Shown here: piece by piece, positions 48,301-60,714 of the stretch
How positions within the stretch are numbered: the stretch's first letter is position 1
Layout of the letters: every line of letters starts with the position of its first letter
DNA from: Chiloscyllium plagiosum
Lineage: Eukaryota
Direction: 5' to 3'
Assembly: GCF_004010195.1 (NCBI RefSeq)
Contig: NC_057754.1
Location: forward strand, 7,405,428-7,469,427
DNA: 64,000 nucleotides
The notes under the pieces: model-generated
What the model saw: the letters and a program-made list of their open reading frames with translations, nothing else
Told to the model about the DNA's origin: nothing
The model's database searches: none
Position numbers and translations under genes: made by a program

Positions 48301-49054
48301 TTTTGGCAGGACAATGTGAGGAGTGAATAAAGCAAGAGGGATTCTTCAATTGACGAACAGAGTACAGAGTGAGCAAATTAATCCTTTAAAAATCACTGGA
48401 TGGCCTTCAACTGGATTACTATGTCCAATTCCCAGGCCTTGTACTTCAGGAAGGATTTCAATGCCTTACAGTGGGTACAGGGATTTAAGAATGATTCCAG
48501 GGATGAGGGACCTGAGAGAGAGAGGCTGGGGAAATAGTTGGATAAATACTTTAAAAAAGATTTCATGTGCAGGGTCAAAGGGATAGAGTAGTCTAACCTC
48601 ACAGGGCTGGATGGTCTCATTCTGTGCTCTGAATCAGAGCTGTCATAAAACCAGAAGATGCTGAATAAGCAACACTCTCCCTGTCCAGGCGAGCCTTGGT
48701 TTGCATGCTGAAAGCTGCATGCAGACTTTGCTGGTGTGCGGGACTGTCCCTCCGAGGAACAGAGCTGAAGGCAGCCTCAGAGGCTAATCGCCATGAGGCA
48801 ATAAGCACAGACTCAGCAGAATTAATCAGCAACCATGCACTCCGACCATCCAAATGAAAATCCACCAGCGAAGTGCTGATTTTAAACAGCAAGATACGTT
48901 ACTCAGGATTAACCACTCAAATGAATCCTTTAATACGAATTAGACCTCTCATTTGCATGCTTGAAAGGCTGAACACTAGCGACGTGTTAATTCACATGAA
49001 AGGAATGGTTAAAGCAATTAATTCACACAAAAGGAGCAGTTAAACTTTCAACTA

Positions 49055-49420
49055 AATACAGTCATACAGCACAGAAACAGACCCTTCAGCCCATCACGTC
49101 CATGCCGACCAGGTATCCTAAACAAAGCTAGTCCAATTTGCCTGCATTTAGCCTATATCCCTCTAAACCTTTCCTGTTCATGTACCTGTCCCTGTCCAAA
49201 TGCCTTTTAAATTTTGTAACTGTACTCACCTCTACCAATTCCTCTGGCAGTTTGTTCCAAATGTGCACCATCCTTTGTGTGAAAAAAAGTTGTCCCTCAG
49301 GTCTCTTTGAAATCTTTCCCCTCTCATCTTACACTTATACCCTCTACTTATGAACTCCCCTACCCTGGGCAAAAGACCTTGGCTATTCACCTTCTTATGA
49401 TTTTGTACACCTCTAGAAAG
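49055..49420 (-). mobile_element. CR1 3' fragment
   Basis: GAAACAGACCCTTCAGCCCA tail. Confidence 0.8.
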
Positions 49421-50048
49421 GGTCCAGATCAGACACAAGGATGGTAGTTGTCTGCCCCAATGCATTATTCATGAACCAGTTGAATCTGACAGTTTTGTAA
49501 TTGCTTTCGCTGAGACTAATTTTTTATTTCCAGGATTTTTTTTGAAAACTTTGAATTCTCAAAGTCTCTACAGTGAGTTTTGCACTTACGTTGCTTGAAT
49601 CATTAGCCCAGTAGCAGAGCACACCCTATAATGATTTCCCTTTACAGATTCTTGCCACTGGAATCTCACCTAGTGAATGTGACTGGTGGGATGGTGTAAT
49701 CACAGCATGACATGTTTACTTCAGTTTCCATTGTAGATGCGCTTATCGACCAATACCAGCTGTATTACTGCTCAATAGGAACCTAAACTGTGAGAGGCTA
49801 TTGCACCACAGGAACCAACACAAGAGTGAGAATTCCTGTTCTGAGTTAATAGCTGAACAGGCACACACACATTTATTGGAAGGGAATGGGGGTTGGACAA
49901 TGATCAGGAGTGGCTAATATTTCCAGACCCAGGGAGGTACTGAAGCCAAGTGTGTTCTCCACTTCCCCACATTAAGAGTGGGACCTGGGATCAACAGAGT
50001 ACCAGAATGAGCATTCTTTTCATGGGGCAAAGAATTAAAAAGGTCACT

Positions 50049-50082
<34 letters not shown>

Positions 50083-50584
50083 TACAGTTGCACTTAATTA
50101 ATGGCCCTTGCCAAAACCAGGTGGGTTCCTGTGGAAAATATTGTGCGTGAAAGTCTTTTCAACCTCAAAACCGTCCCGAGCTGGGACGGTGGTTTGCTAA
50201 GATAAAGGAGAAAGGGGCTCCATAATATAAGCAGATAGGGAGCCAGTCACTATTGCTAACTGAGACCCGACAGAAGTCAGGGGATAGGGTGAGGGAGGTG
50301 GAAGGGGAGGATGTAGATCAGAACATAAATGAGGGAAAGTTTATTGCGTGGGCGCGCTGAGGTTCGAATGTGTGTCAAACCCATTGTCATTCAAACAGAA
50401 AAAAAAATCCCTTGAAAGAGCAAACTTCTACCAGAAAATTCTGAGAATTTGCTTTCTGGTTTCATCTTGTGATCATCTTCCTGTTGTCTCTTGCTGTCTC
50501 TCGTTCACTATCTTCTTTTAGAGCCCTGAGTCACGAGTGGTCTCCTACCCTCTTTATTCCCTGTGACTCCAGCTGCACTTATTT

Positions 50585-50905
50585 CTGCCTCTGGAAGGAA
50601 GTCAACATCAAAGACCCCTCCCAGCCCAGTAACAATCTCTTCCGACCTTTTCCATCAGGCAGAAATTACAAAAGCGTGATCACACGGTCCAACAGGTTTA
50701 AGAACAGTGTCTGCCCTGCTATTATTAGACTTTTGAATGGAACCTCTCCAATTTCAAATCTAATGTTGATCTTGCTTTATGTGCCATTTCTATTCCTTGC
50801 TCTGTTCCATCTTTGTGTGGTATGATCTGCCTGTACTGCACGCAAAACAAAAACTTTCCACTGTACCTAGGTACATGTGACAATAAAAAAAAATCAAATC
50901 AAATC
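50585..50905 (+). mobile_element. Rex1/Babar-type 3' end
   Basis: IKDPSQPSNNLFRPFPSGRNYKS; (AAATC)n tail. Confidence 0.7.
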
Positions 50906-51499
50906 TTCCGACATATATCGGCTACTTCCAGCAGGGATGCTGGTTGGCTTCCCTGATGTAGCACGGTGGTAGCCAGGCTGCTGCCACAGTACCTGAGCAA
51001 AGCTAACCCAATCATGGCCAGGGCTGGAGCTTGAGTCTTGCCTGCTGCCGGCTGGGGATGGCTAAGTAGCTCCGTACTGGCTGGGCTTACTGAGCATGTT
51101 GAATGTGGAATGAAACTGGCACCACTATGGTGAAAGCAGCGATTGAAACTGTACAGTGGAAAGCAACCCTCCTCTCCGACGCTGACTAGAACATCATTGG
51201 TTCATTGGTCAGGATATAAACCAGTGATTCTGCTCCTTATCATTGTCAAGAGACCCTTGGAGTAGGGGGCAAATGTGGTGAGAACAAATCAAGCTCCATT
51301 CTGATGCCCACTGCAAGATTCACATACTTATAGTTCTTATTTAACAACTGAATGCCTGGCTGCTTTGCATAGGGCTGTTCTTAACATTGATGCCTGTCGG
51401 AAATAAATTCTGAATCAAACACCAAGATCTGTTATAACTTGGGAAATCTGAAATTAATGAGACTATCGATTTAACCTTTGCAAGAATTAGCATTTCATC

Positions 51500-51770
51500 A
51501 TAGCGTTGTTGTGTTGTACAGCATGGAAACAGACCCTTCGGTCCAACTCATCAATGCTAATCAGATATCCTAAATTTATCTAGTCCCATTTGCTAGCATT
51601 TGACCCAAATCCCTCTAAATCCTTCCTATTCATGAATACACCTAGATGCTTTTAAATGTTGTAATTGTACCACCTCTACCACTTCCTCTGGCAGCTTGCT
51701 CCATACACGCACAACTCTCTACGTGATAAAGTTGTCCCTTAAGTCCCTTTTACATCTTTCCCCTCCATAA
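51500..51770 (-). mobile_element. CR1 3' fragment
   Basis: GTACAGCATGGAAACAGACCCTTCGG. Confidence 0.8.
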
Positions 51771-51839
51771 ATTTAAACATTCATTCCCTTTACTTTCTGC
51801 TGGCGGGCATAAGTCAGGAATGTGATGCAAAACTGTCCC

Positions 51840-52071
51840 TGTAGTGATTGTAATGAGGTCAGCCAGTTCGACCTTGTAGAATATGAGTTCCCTGATTGGG
51901 CCAGATTAACAGCCCCAATTAGGGAGGCCGAGCTGACATAAAAGGATGAATGGCAAGATACTGAAACTCTAGTGCCTGACTCAGTTAGAGAAAGTGCTAT
52001 AGTAAAAGGCTACCCATTTGAAAATAAAGGGTGACTGGTGGTGGTAAACCAGCCTTTGAAGAGCTACTTCA
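51840..52071 (+). mobile_element. Possible short solo LTR inside a LINE-B relic (51800-52380)
   Basis: TG...CA ends, CATAAAA and AATAAA (52023) inside; interrupts LINE-B sequence; TSD not clear. Confidence 0.45.
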
Positions 52072-52764
52072 GAGCCCTTTCCTACATAAGAGCTGCTCTA
52101 ACAACACTCAAGACCTTGACACCTTCCATGACAAAGCAGCCTGCTTGAATGACACCTCATCTCTCACCTTCCACATTCACAGCCTCCACTACCGATGTGT
52201 AGTGGCAACAGTGTGTACCACCTACAGGTTGCCCTGAACCAACTTGTCAAGGCTTTCAAGATCTCAATACTTAGCAGAGCACGTACAACAGGGAAATGGG
52301 AACATCAATATCGCCAAGCTGCGCACGATGCACACCTGGGACTACATCACCATTGTTTCAACACTCAAAACATTGGAACAACAATTTGTTTTTACTATGC
52401 ACCTTTAACATAGATCATAGGATCTTAGGTTTTTGCAGCAGGATGAAGCCACTTGACCCTTTGAACCTGCTCCATTATCAACCAAGACCTCAATTGTGTG
52501 TCTCGACCGCAAATCATTCAAATCACTTCAGAGAAATATTACAATTGAGGTCTCTAAACCCTCTATCACATCAGGAATTATTAAAGCAGATGTTGAAATG
52601 ATTTGCCAAAGAGTATAATAGGTTTTGTATTAAAAAGCAGAGAGATAGGCACTATGGTGCAGTGGTAGTGTCCCTACCTCCGAGCCAGGAGGTCCTGACT
52701 CAAGTACCATTTGCTCTAGGGATGTGTTTCAGCAGGCTGATTTGAAAGTATCTAAAGGAGAGAG

Positions 52765-53110
52765 ACAGCGAGTGAGGTGGAGAGGTTTAAGGAAGAAATT
52801 CCAGAACTCCGGGCCCAGGCAGCTGAAGGCATGGCCACCCATGGAGGAGGAATGGCAGAATTAGGGGATGCTCAAAGGGCCAAAATTAGACGGGCACAAG
52901 GATCTCAGAAGGCTGTGGGTCTGAAGGAGACTGCAGAGATAGAGAGCGGTAAGACCGAATAGGAAGTTTGGAAACGAAGGCAAGAACTTTAAAATCCTGT
53001 CTTCGCTTAACTGAGAGTGAGGACGGGGATGATGGGTGAATGGGACTTGACGTAAGTAAAGTCATAGACAGCAGAATTCTGAATGACTTTATGTTTGTGA
53101 AGTATAGAAT
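52765..53110 (-). mobile_element. L2-like relic
   Basis: GGAGAGGTTTAAGGAAGAAATTCCAGAACTCCGGGCCCAGGCAGCTGAAGGC. Confidence 0.55.
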
Positions 53111-53609
53111 ATGAGAGGCCTCTGGGTTTCTCAATTCCTTAAATAAGTGACAATCTTATATTTATGATCACTGGTTTTAATCTGCCACATGTGGAAACAT
53201 CTCCTCTATATCTGCCTGACTGAATCTCTTCACAATTTTAAAGACCTCCATCAGGTCACCTTTTGATTGTCCCTATTTTCCATGTGTCTATATCAGACTT
53301 ACAGCAACCAGATTCTGTTGCTTTGGCCCCTTTGTTCTCAACCTTTTCTGTCAGTGGTTTTAAAGAATCGTGGGCTATGTACATTGACCACATTGCTTCT
53401 AGGTAGACAGGCTGAACTCTGTGGTCACTCGGCTCAGCATTTACCGAAATAGCCTAAGTGCAAGAGGGGAAGCTGTACAAATCAGTGGCACTGATCCTTC
53501 CTCAATCTGTCAAAACAGAAAGTGACAGTCAGGTGAACATGGATTGGAGTTATAAAGTCCCCTGCCTCCGCATTCCATGGTTCATGTAGAGAAAAAGGAA
53601 TGATGCAGA

Positions 53610-53870
53610 AAGGGAGAGAACCTGCAGTTCCGTTGCCCTTTCATAAACTCGGGACGTCCCAAAGTGGTTTAAGGCCAATGGAGAACTTTTGAAGTGTGGT
53701 CACTCTGGTGACATAGGAAACAAGGCAGGCAATTTGCACATGGCAAGCATCCACAAGCAGAACTGTGATGGTTTCCAGATCATTTGCTCTGAGTGACATT
53801 AATTGAAAGATACTTATAGGTCCCAGGACTCTGAGGAGAACCCCGCTACTTCCTTTTTGAAATAGAAGCA
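53610..53870 (-). mobile_element. DeuSINE relic
   Basis: GGGACGTCCCAAAG...TTTTGAAGTGTGGTCACT...GGAGAACCCC. Confidence 0.65.
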
Positions 53871-53949
53871 TATATTGTTCCCTCTGTGTATCACTCTATA
53901 TATTACTCACTGTGAATGTCACTCATCCTGAATTTTGGTGAAACGGGAC

Positions 53950-54255
53950 AGTCACAGAATCCCTACAGTGTGGACGCATGCCATTCGGCCCATCAAGTCC
54001 ACACCAACCCTCCGAAAAGCATCCCACTCAGATCCACCCTCTATCTTCTCCCTGTAATCCTGCAATTCCCATGGCTAATCCATATAGCTTACACATCCCT
54101 GAACACTACGGGCAATTTATCATGGCCAATAACCTAGCTTGCACATCATGGACACGATGGGCAATCTATCATGGCCAATCTAGCTAGCCTGCATATCTCT
54201 GGACACTATAGGCAATTTGCCATGGCCAATCTGCCTAACCTGCAAATCTTTGGGT
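53950..54255 (-). mobile_element. HE1-type SINE with internal ~50-bp multiplication
   Basis: GGCAAT...CATGGCCAAT unit x3. Confidence 0.75.
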
Positions 54256-54749
54256 ATTAGTCACTCTTGGTATCATTTTCGCTGGGTATTATCCACTCTG
54301 AGTGTGCTTCACTCTAAATAACATTATCCATGCAGGCTGAGTTTAATATTGGATATCATTTGAGTTGGCAATACTTAGACTGGATATTATTTGCTCCAAG
54401 TGTGATTCGCACAGAGCTTCATTTACACTGAGCATTTTCCACTTTGGTTATCATCATAGTGGCTTTCATTTACAGCGGATATTATTCACTCTGCCTATCA
54501 AATACACTGTGCATTATTCATCCTGTGTTTCAGTTTCATTGGGTATTATTAATCCTGTGCGTTAGTCACATCAGTTAGCATTTACACTAGAAACGATATC
54601 AGCTGTGAATCCATACCTGGTCTGGCTGACAACAAGGAGTTTAATTCTTAACCGCCCTCTGAAGTGGCAAACCAAGCCTCCCAGTTCAAGGGCAATTTGA
54701 GATGGACAATGAATGCTGGTCATGCCAGCGAGGCCTGCATCCTGAGGAC

Positions 54750-56600
54750 AAAAGAACAAAGAACAATACAGCATAGGAACAGGCCATTCGGCCCCCTAAG
54801 CCTTTGCCGACATATTTTGCCCTTCCATACTAAAACTACCTTCAGTTACAGGATTCATATCCTCTATTCCCTTCCTATTCATGTCTCCATCCAGGTGTTT
54901 CTTGAATGCTGCTATTGTGCCTACTTCCACCATCACCTCTGGCAGTGCGATCCAGGCGTTCACAACCCTTTGTGTGAAGAATTTGCTTTGCACATCTCTT
55001 TTAGACTCCCTGCGCACCTTGAACCTGTGTCCCCTAGTAATTGACCTGTCCAACCTGGGAAAAAGCCTCATATTTTCCACTCTGTCCAAGCCATTCACAA
55101 TCTTATAAACTTCTATCAGGTCACCCCTCAAACTCCTACAGTCCAGTGAAAACAAACCCAGTCTTACCAATCTTCCTTCATAACTAATATCCCCCATACC
55201 AGGCAACATCCTGGTAAACCTTTTCCATACTGTCTCCAACACACCAGAAGGTGTGGTAACCAGAACTGTATGCAATACTTTAAGTGTGGCCCAACTAAAG
55301 TTCTATAAAGCTGCAGCATAACTTGTCTACCCTTATACTCGATACCCCTTCCAATGAAGGCAAGCATGCCATTGGTCTATTTTACTACCTTATCTATGTG
55401 CGCTGCCACCTTCAGTAATCCATTGACCTGCAAACACAGATCCCTCTGCATATCGATATGCCTAAGAGTTCTGCCATTCACTGAATAATTTCCACCTGTA
55501 TTTGACCTTCCAAAATGCATCACCTCGCATTTGTCCACATTAAACTCCATCTGCCATTTTTCTGCCCATCCTTCCAACTGATCTATATCCTCTGACAATC
55601 CTCCTCACTATCCGCAACTCCAATCTTTGTATCATCCACAAACTTACTAATCAGATCAGCTACGTTTTCCTCCAAATCACTTATGTAGGACATGAAGAGC
55701 AGAGGTCCCAGCGCTGATCCTGGTGGAACACTAGTCACAGCCATCCATTCTAAAAAGCATCATTACACCGCTACTCCTGGTCTCCTATGACTAAGCCAGT
55801 TCTGAAACTACCTTGCCAACTCACCTCAGCATCATGTGACTTCACCTTTTGTACCAGTCTGTCATGAGGGACCTTCTCAAGGCTTTACTTAAGTCCATGT
55901 GGACAATATCAACTGCTTTTTCCTCAATTATCTTCATCACCTCCTCAAAAAAACTCCAAATTAGTGAGGCATGACCTCCCCCACACAAAATCATGCTGTC
56001 TATAGCTAATCGGTCCATTCGCTCCTAAATGCTTATAGATCTTGTCCCTGAGAATCTTTTCCAATTATTTCCCTACCACCAAAATGAGGCTGACAGGCCT
56101 GTTGTTCCCTAGATTATCCCTGTTACCCTTCTTAAACAATGGGACAACATTGGCTATTTTCCAGTCCTGTGAGATCTCACCTCTGGCCAAAGATGATAAA
56201 AGATATCTGTCAATGCTCCAGCAATTTGTTCTCTTGCCTCCGTCAATATTTTCTGGATAGATCCCAACAGGACCCGGGGACTTAACTACTTTAATACTTT
56301 TTAAGAGATGCAACACCTCTTCCTTTCTAACAGCAAATTGCTTCAGAGATCCAACACTCCCTTCCCTGAGATCATCCTCCACCAATTCCTTCTCTTTGGT
56401 GAATACCGACAAAATATTCATTTAGGACATCACCTACTCTTCTGCCTCCATACATACATTCCCGTCTTTGTCCTTGAGTGGGCCAACCCTTTCCCTGGCT
56501 ACCCTCTTGCGTTTTGTATAGGTATGAAAAGCCTTGGGATTTTCCTTAATCCTGTTTGCTAATGAGTTTTCATGATGCCTTTTAGCCCTTCTAATTCTTT
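54750..56600 (-). mobile_element. CR1 5'-truncated ORF2
   Basis: DWKIANVVPLFKKG, WAEKWQMEFNVDKC, RGDLIEVYKI on minus. Confidence 0.92.
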
Positions 56601-56724
56601 AAGTAAGAAAAATGTTTAAAATCCAATCTGTTACATAACCTTTGCAGATTTTGCCTTTTCAAATTTTTATTCAATTTCCCTTTCGGATGTTTCTGTAAAA
56701 TCTGCTCCAAATCTTATCATAGTA

Positions 56725-57215
56725 TTCAAATAGTATAGAAGAGGTCATTCGGCCCATCAAGTTCACACTGATCCTCCAAAGAGCTTTCCACCCAGACCTA
56801 ATCCCCCTACCCAATCCCTGTAACCCTGTATTTCCCATGGCTAACTCACCTTGCCTGCACAGCTTTGGACACTATGGACAATTTAGCATGGACGATCCAC
56901 CTAACACGCAAAAGTTTGAATGATGTGGGAGGAAACCGAAGCGTTCAGGGGAAATCCCGCTCAGCCACTGGGAGAATGTGCAAACTCCATACAGTCGCCC
57001 AAGGGTGGCACGCACATGGAATGAGCTGCCAGCAGAAGTGGTTTAGGATAGTACATTAACAGCACTTAAAAGGCATTTGGACGAATACATTTATAGGAAA
57101 GGTTTAGAAGGATATGGACCAAATGCAGGGAAATGGGGTTAGCGTGGATGGACATTTTGGTCAGCATGGACCAATTTCGGACAAAGGGCTTGTCTCCGTG
57201 CTGTAGGACTCTATA
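56725..57215. mobile_element. HE1-type SINE (-, 56725-57010) abutting CR1 tail (+, 57010-57215)
   Basis: HE1 core and CR1 3' motifs. Confidence 0.75.
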
Positions 57216-58789
57216 AAAACAATCCAAGTCTATTTCGTCTCTCAGGAGGGGGCACAGGATGATAGCAATTATTGATGGGGGGTTGGCAAGGTAGATATAA
57301 ACTGGATAGGTTAAGTAAGAGCAGGTCTCCTTCATGACAGGAGAACCTCTCGAATTTAGACCACCATTCAATTAGTATTAGATCATGGCTGATCCATACC
57401 TTAACTCCAGACACCTGCCTTACTTCTGTAGCCTTTAATTCTCTTGCGCAATCTATCAATTTTAGCCATGAAATTCTCAGCTAATTGTGGCATTCAGCCT
57501 TCTTGGTGGTGGTGGGGAAGAAGTCCAGATTTGACTGCCCTTTGTGCACAAAAGCACTTCCCAGTATCACCCGTGAATGGCGTGGCTCTCATTATATATA
57601 TAAGGTGAATTTATTTTGTCTGGGTCCCCATGTCCCACTCTGACACAGAGGAAATTGCTTTTCTCTGACGAATCCATCAGCCCTTAATTGTTTTCAAAAC
57701 CTTTATTAAACCTTAATCTTCTATTCTTCCAGGGAATACAAGACTAATCTGTGCAACCTATCCTTGTGATTTAAATACTCTATCCCAATAGTAACCCAGT
57801 TAATCTGAGCTGCTTGGGGTCTGCTAACTGCTCCTAACTGAATTGAATTAGCTTTATTGTCACATGTACTCAAATGAGTACAGTGAAAAGTTTACAATTA
57901 CGGCGCCACCTTACGTACAAGGCACCTAGGTACAGCTTCTTAAGAACAAATTAATAGGGGAAAAAATTAGAAAAGTAAATAAATAAGAAGTCCAGCATTA
58001 CACATTATAAATTAGAAAATAAAGTAATAAAATGTTTGGAATAACAGCCTTTCCAACCAAGTCCACGCTGGCATCTACCCTCCAGTAACTGACAGACAGA
58101 CCTCCAACTCCTCGCTGCCACCTCTAGATTGTAAAGACCACAGGCCTGGAAAGTGCTCTGCCAGAATCCATGGTGGAACGCTATAGCAGGTCTCCCAGGT
58201 GGCACACACTGCCGCTATCAAGCGACGGTGGTGGAGGTAGTGGATGCTTAAAAGGCAAGACAGGGCATAGCTGCTGGATTCACCTTGGGAACCTGATCAC
58301 ATTTCTTTGCTGTCGCTAATGATTTCAAACTTGAAGGGAGCAAGGAATACCGACAGGAGCACTGCACCAAACCAGCTCCTCTCCTGGCTGCCCAAATATA
58401 TGCCAGTGTTGCCGATTTTTATTAAGGGACACATTTGAGTTGATAGTCAGGAAGGGTGAGGAAAAAGCAGAGGACCGAAGATATGACAAGACGGCAGCAA
58501 AGAGAGGCTGCCGGGAGTAAAAAAAGTCAGTCAACCTAAGATCAACGCTGATCTTCAGAGCCAGCCGTAAAAACAACTCCCAATCGCAAATCGCCTCCAT
58601 AACAGATAACGTACAATCCAGAAGAGGCTTACATTCTGACCAAAGTCCATCATTATGGATACCATCATGGCTGAGAGGTTGGACATCTCTAACATTTAAG
58701 ACAGAGCAGAACAGAACAGAACACATTAGGTGTTGGATGGATTTGGGTTCCAGAGAGAGTGAAGCTCTGCTGCGCTGACTGATCAATTG

Positions 58790-59655
58790 AGTAATTTTCT
58801 GTATACTATATCTGTACAAGAGCTGGCACTGAGAGACACAGGGTGCCAGATAGGAGAAAATCGCACCATTTTACCTGCTTGTGCACTGCACTTATATACA
58901 GGATATACAATAACAGGCAAAAGTGCACTGTTTCCTTTTAACCACTGTGTACTATACATCTAGTAGGGGAAGCAGTGAGATAGTGGTAACGACAACCTAC
59001 TATATTAGTATTAAAACAAATGCAACTCTGAACCCCAGGCCAATGTTCTGGGGAAGTCGACTGTGGCAGATGGTGAAATTTGAATTCATTAACGAGATGT
59101 GGAATTACAATACTAGCCGCATGGCAACCATGTAACACTGTCATAAAAACTCATGTGGTTCATCAACATCCTTTAGGAAGGAAAACTGCCATCCTTACCT
59201 GGTCTGGCCTACGGGTGACCTGAGGTAAACAGCAATGTGGTTGACATTTAACTGCCCTTGTTCAATTAGGGATGGGAAAAAACACTGGCATAGCTAACAA
59301 CACTTACATCCTATGAACGAATATATAATAAAATGTACAGAGGCTGACAATGAGACATACTCTTGGGCCACATAGATCAAGGCAGGAGTTAATCATTCTC
59401 TTTTACCCACAATGTTCTATACATGTAAAGGAACTGACACTGATATATACTCTGCTCCAGACAAGAGCAAATTGTTTCACCTGCTATGTACACGAACATT
59501 TACAGGAGATGACACTGAGACATATGCACCGATGGAAAGGAGCGAACCATTGCCTTTTACCCACTGTGTACTCTACATGTTTAGGAGCTGACACTGAAAG
59601 TGACAGATAGGCGTGAATTGTTCCACTTACTTGGTCATGTACTGCACTGTACGAA
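58790..59655. repeat. Degenerate tandem repeat interrupted by SINE family 2 (+, 58968-59330)
   Basis: Recurrent GAGCTGACACTGAGA...TTTACCCACTGTGTACT. Confidence 0.5.
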
Positions 59656-59771
59656 AGCCAAAGTTAAAACTCTCAGATGCACATGCACCAAACAGAGCCT
59701 GACAAGAGTGAATCATTCACTTTTAAACGCTTTGCATCACTCTCTCTACAAGAGATCACACACACACACGA

Positions 59772-60045
59772 GATAGAGTCAGAGTCATACAGCACGGAAA
59801 CAGGTCCTTTGGACGAACCAGTCCATGCCATCCTAAACTAGTCCCACCTGCCTGCCCCTGAGCCATATCCCTCCAAACCTTTCCTATTCATGTAATTATC
59901 CAAATGTCTTTTAAACATTATAAATGTACCCAAATCCATCACTTCCTCAGGAAGTCCATTTCACGTGAACCGCTGTGTATGCAAAAAAGTTGCCCCTTTG
60001 TGTCTTTTTTAAATCTCTTTCCTCTCACCTTAGAAATGTGGCCCC
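59772..60045 (-). mobile_element. CR1 3' fragment
   Basis: GAGTCATACAGCACGGAAACAGG tail. Confidence 0.8.
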
Positions 60046-60196
60046 TTTGTTTCCTGTAACCCATTATGTACCAAAAATGTATAGGAAATGACATGGAGGC
60101 ATATGTAAGCCGACTCAATATTCTTCCTTATGTTATAACACCTGCTCATAGCCTTCCTGCAGTAGTTGAGAGCTACAGTCCAGTTACTGAGATTAG

Positions 60197-60670
60197 GTAA
60201 AAACAAGGACTGCAGATGCTGGAAACCAGATTCTAGATTAGAGTGGCGCAATTCAGGCAGCATCCGAGGAACAGGAAAATCGACGTTTCGGGCAAAAGCC
60301 CTTCATCAGGAATAGAGGCAGAGTGCCTGCAGGGTGGAGAGATAAATGAGAGGAGGGTGGGGGTGGGAAGAAATTGGTATAGAGTACATTGGGTGAATGG
60401 GGGGTGTGGATGGAGTTGGTAGGTCAGAGAGGAGGGTGGGGGAAGGTAGCAAACAGTACAATGGGTGCTGTGGTAGCGAGTCTGTTTCAGGACATGGTTG
60501 AAGAGCTTCAGGGCAGAGGAAGTGACCTGGGAGTTGCAGTAGGAGAGGGACTCCCTGAGATTCTTGTAGAGAGAGGAGGAAAACTTCTTCAAGGCAGGCA
60601 TCCTTGCAAGAGGATTCGCAGTAGGGTTAAAATCAACGAGGTAAAAACAAGGGCTGCAGATGCTGGAAAC
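60197..60670 (-). mobile_element. PLE family A fragment with partial tandem terminus
   Basis: GGTAAAAACAAGG(A/G)CTGCAGATGCTGGAAAC at 60197 and 60640. Confidence 0.75.
60278..60313 (-). ncRNA. Minimal hammerhead ribozyme motif (family A)
   Basis: Minus: CTGATGA-A-GGGC-TTTT-GCCC-GAAA-CGTC. Confidence 0.65.
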
Positions 60671-60714
60671 AAGGGCTCTGCTGCCCTCTACTGCTGCTAT
60701 TCAGTTCAACACCT

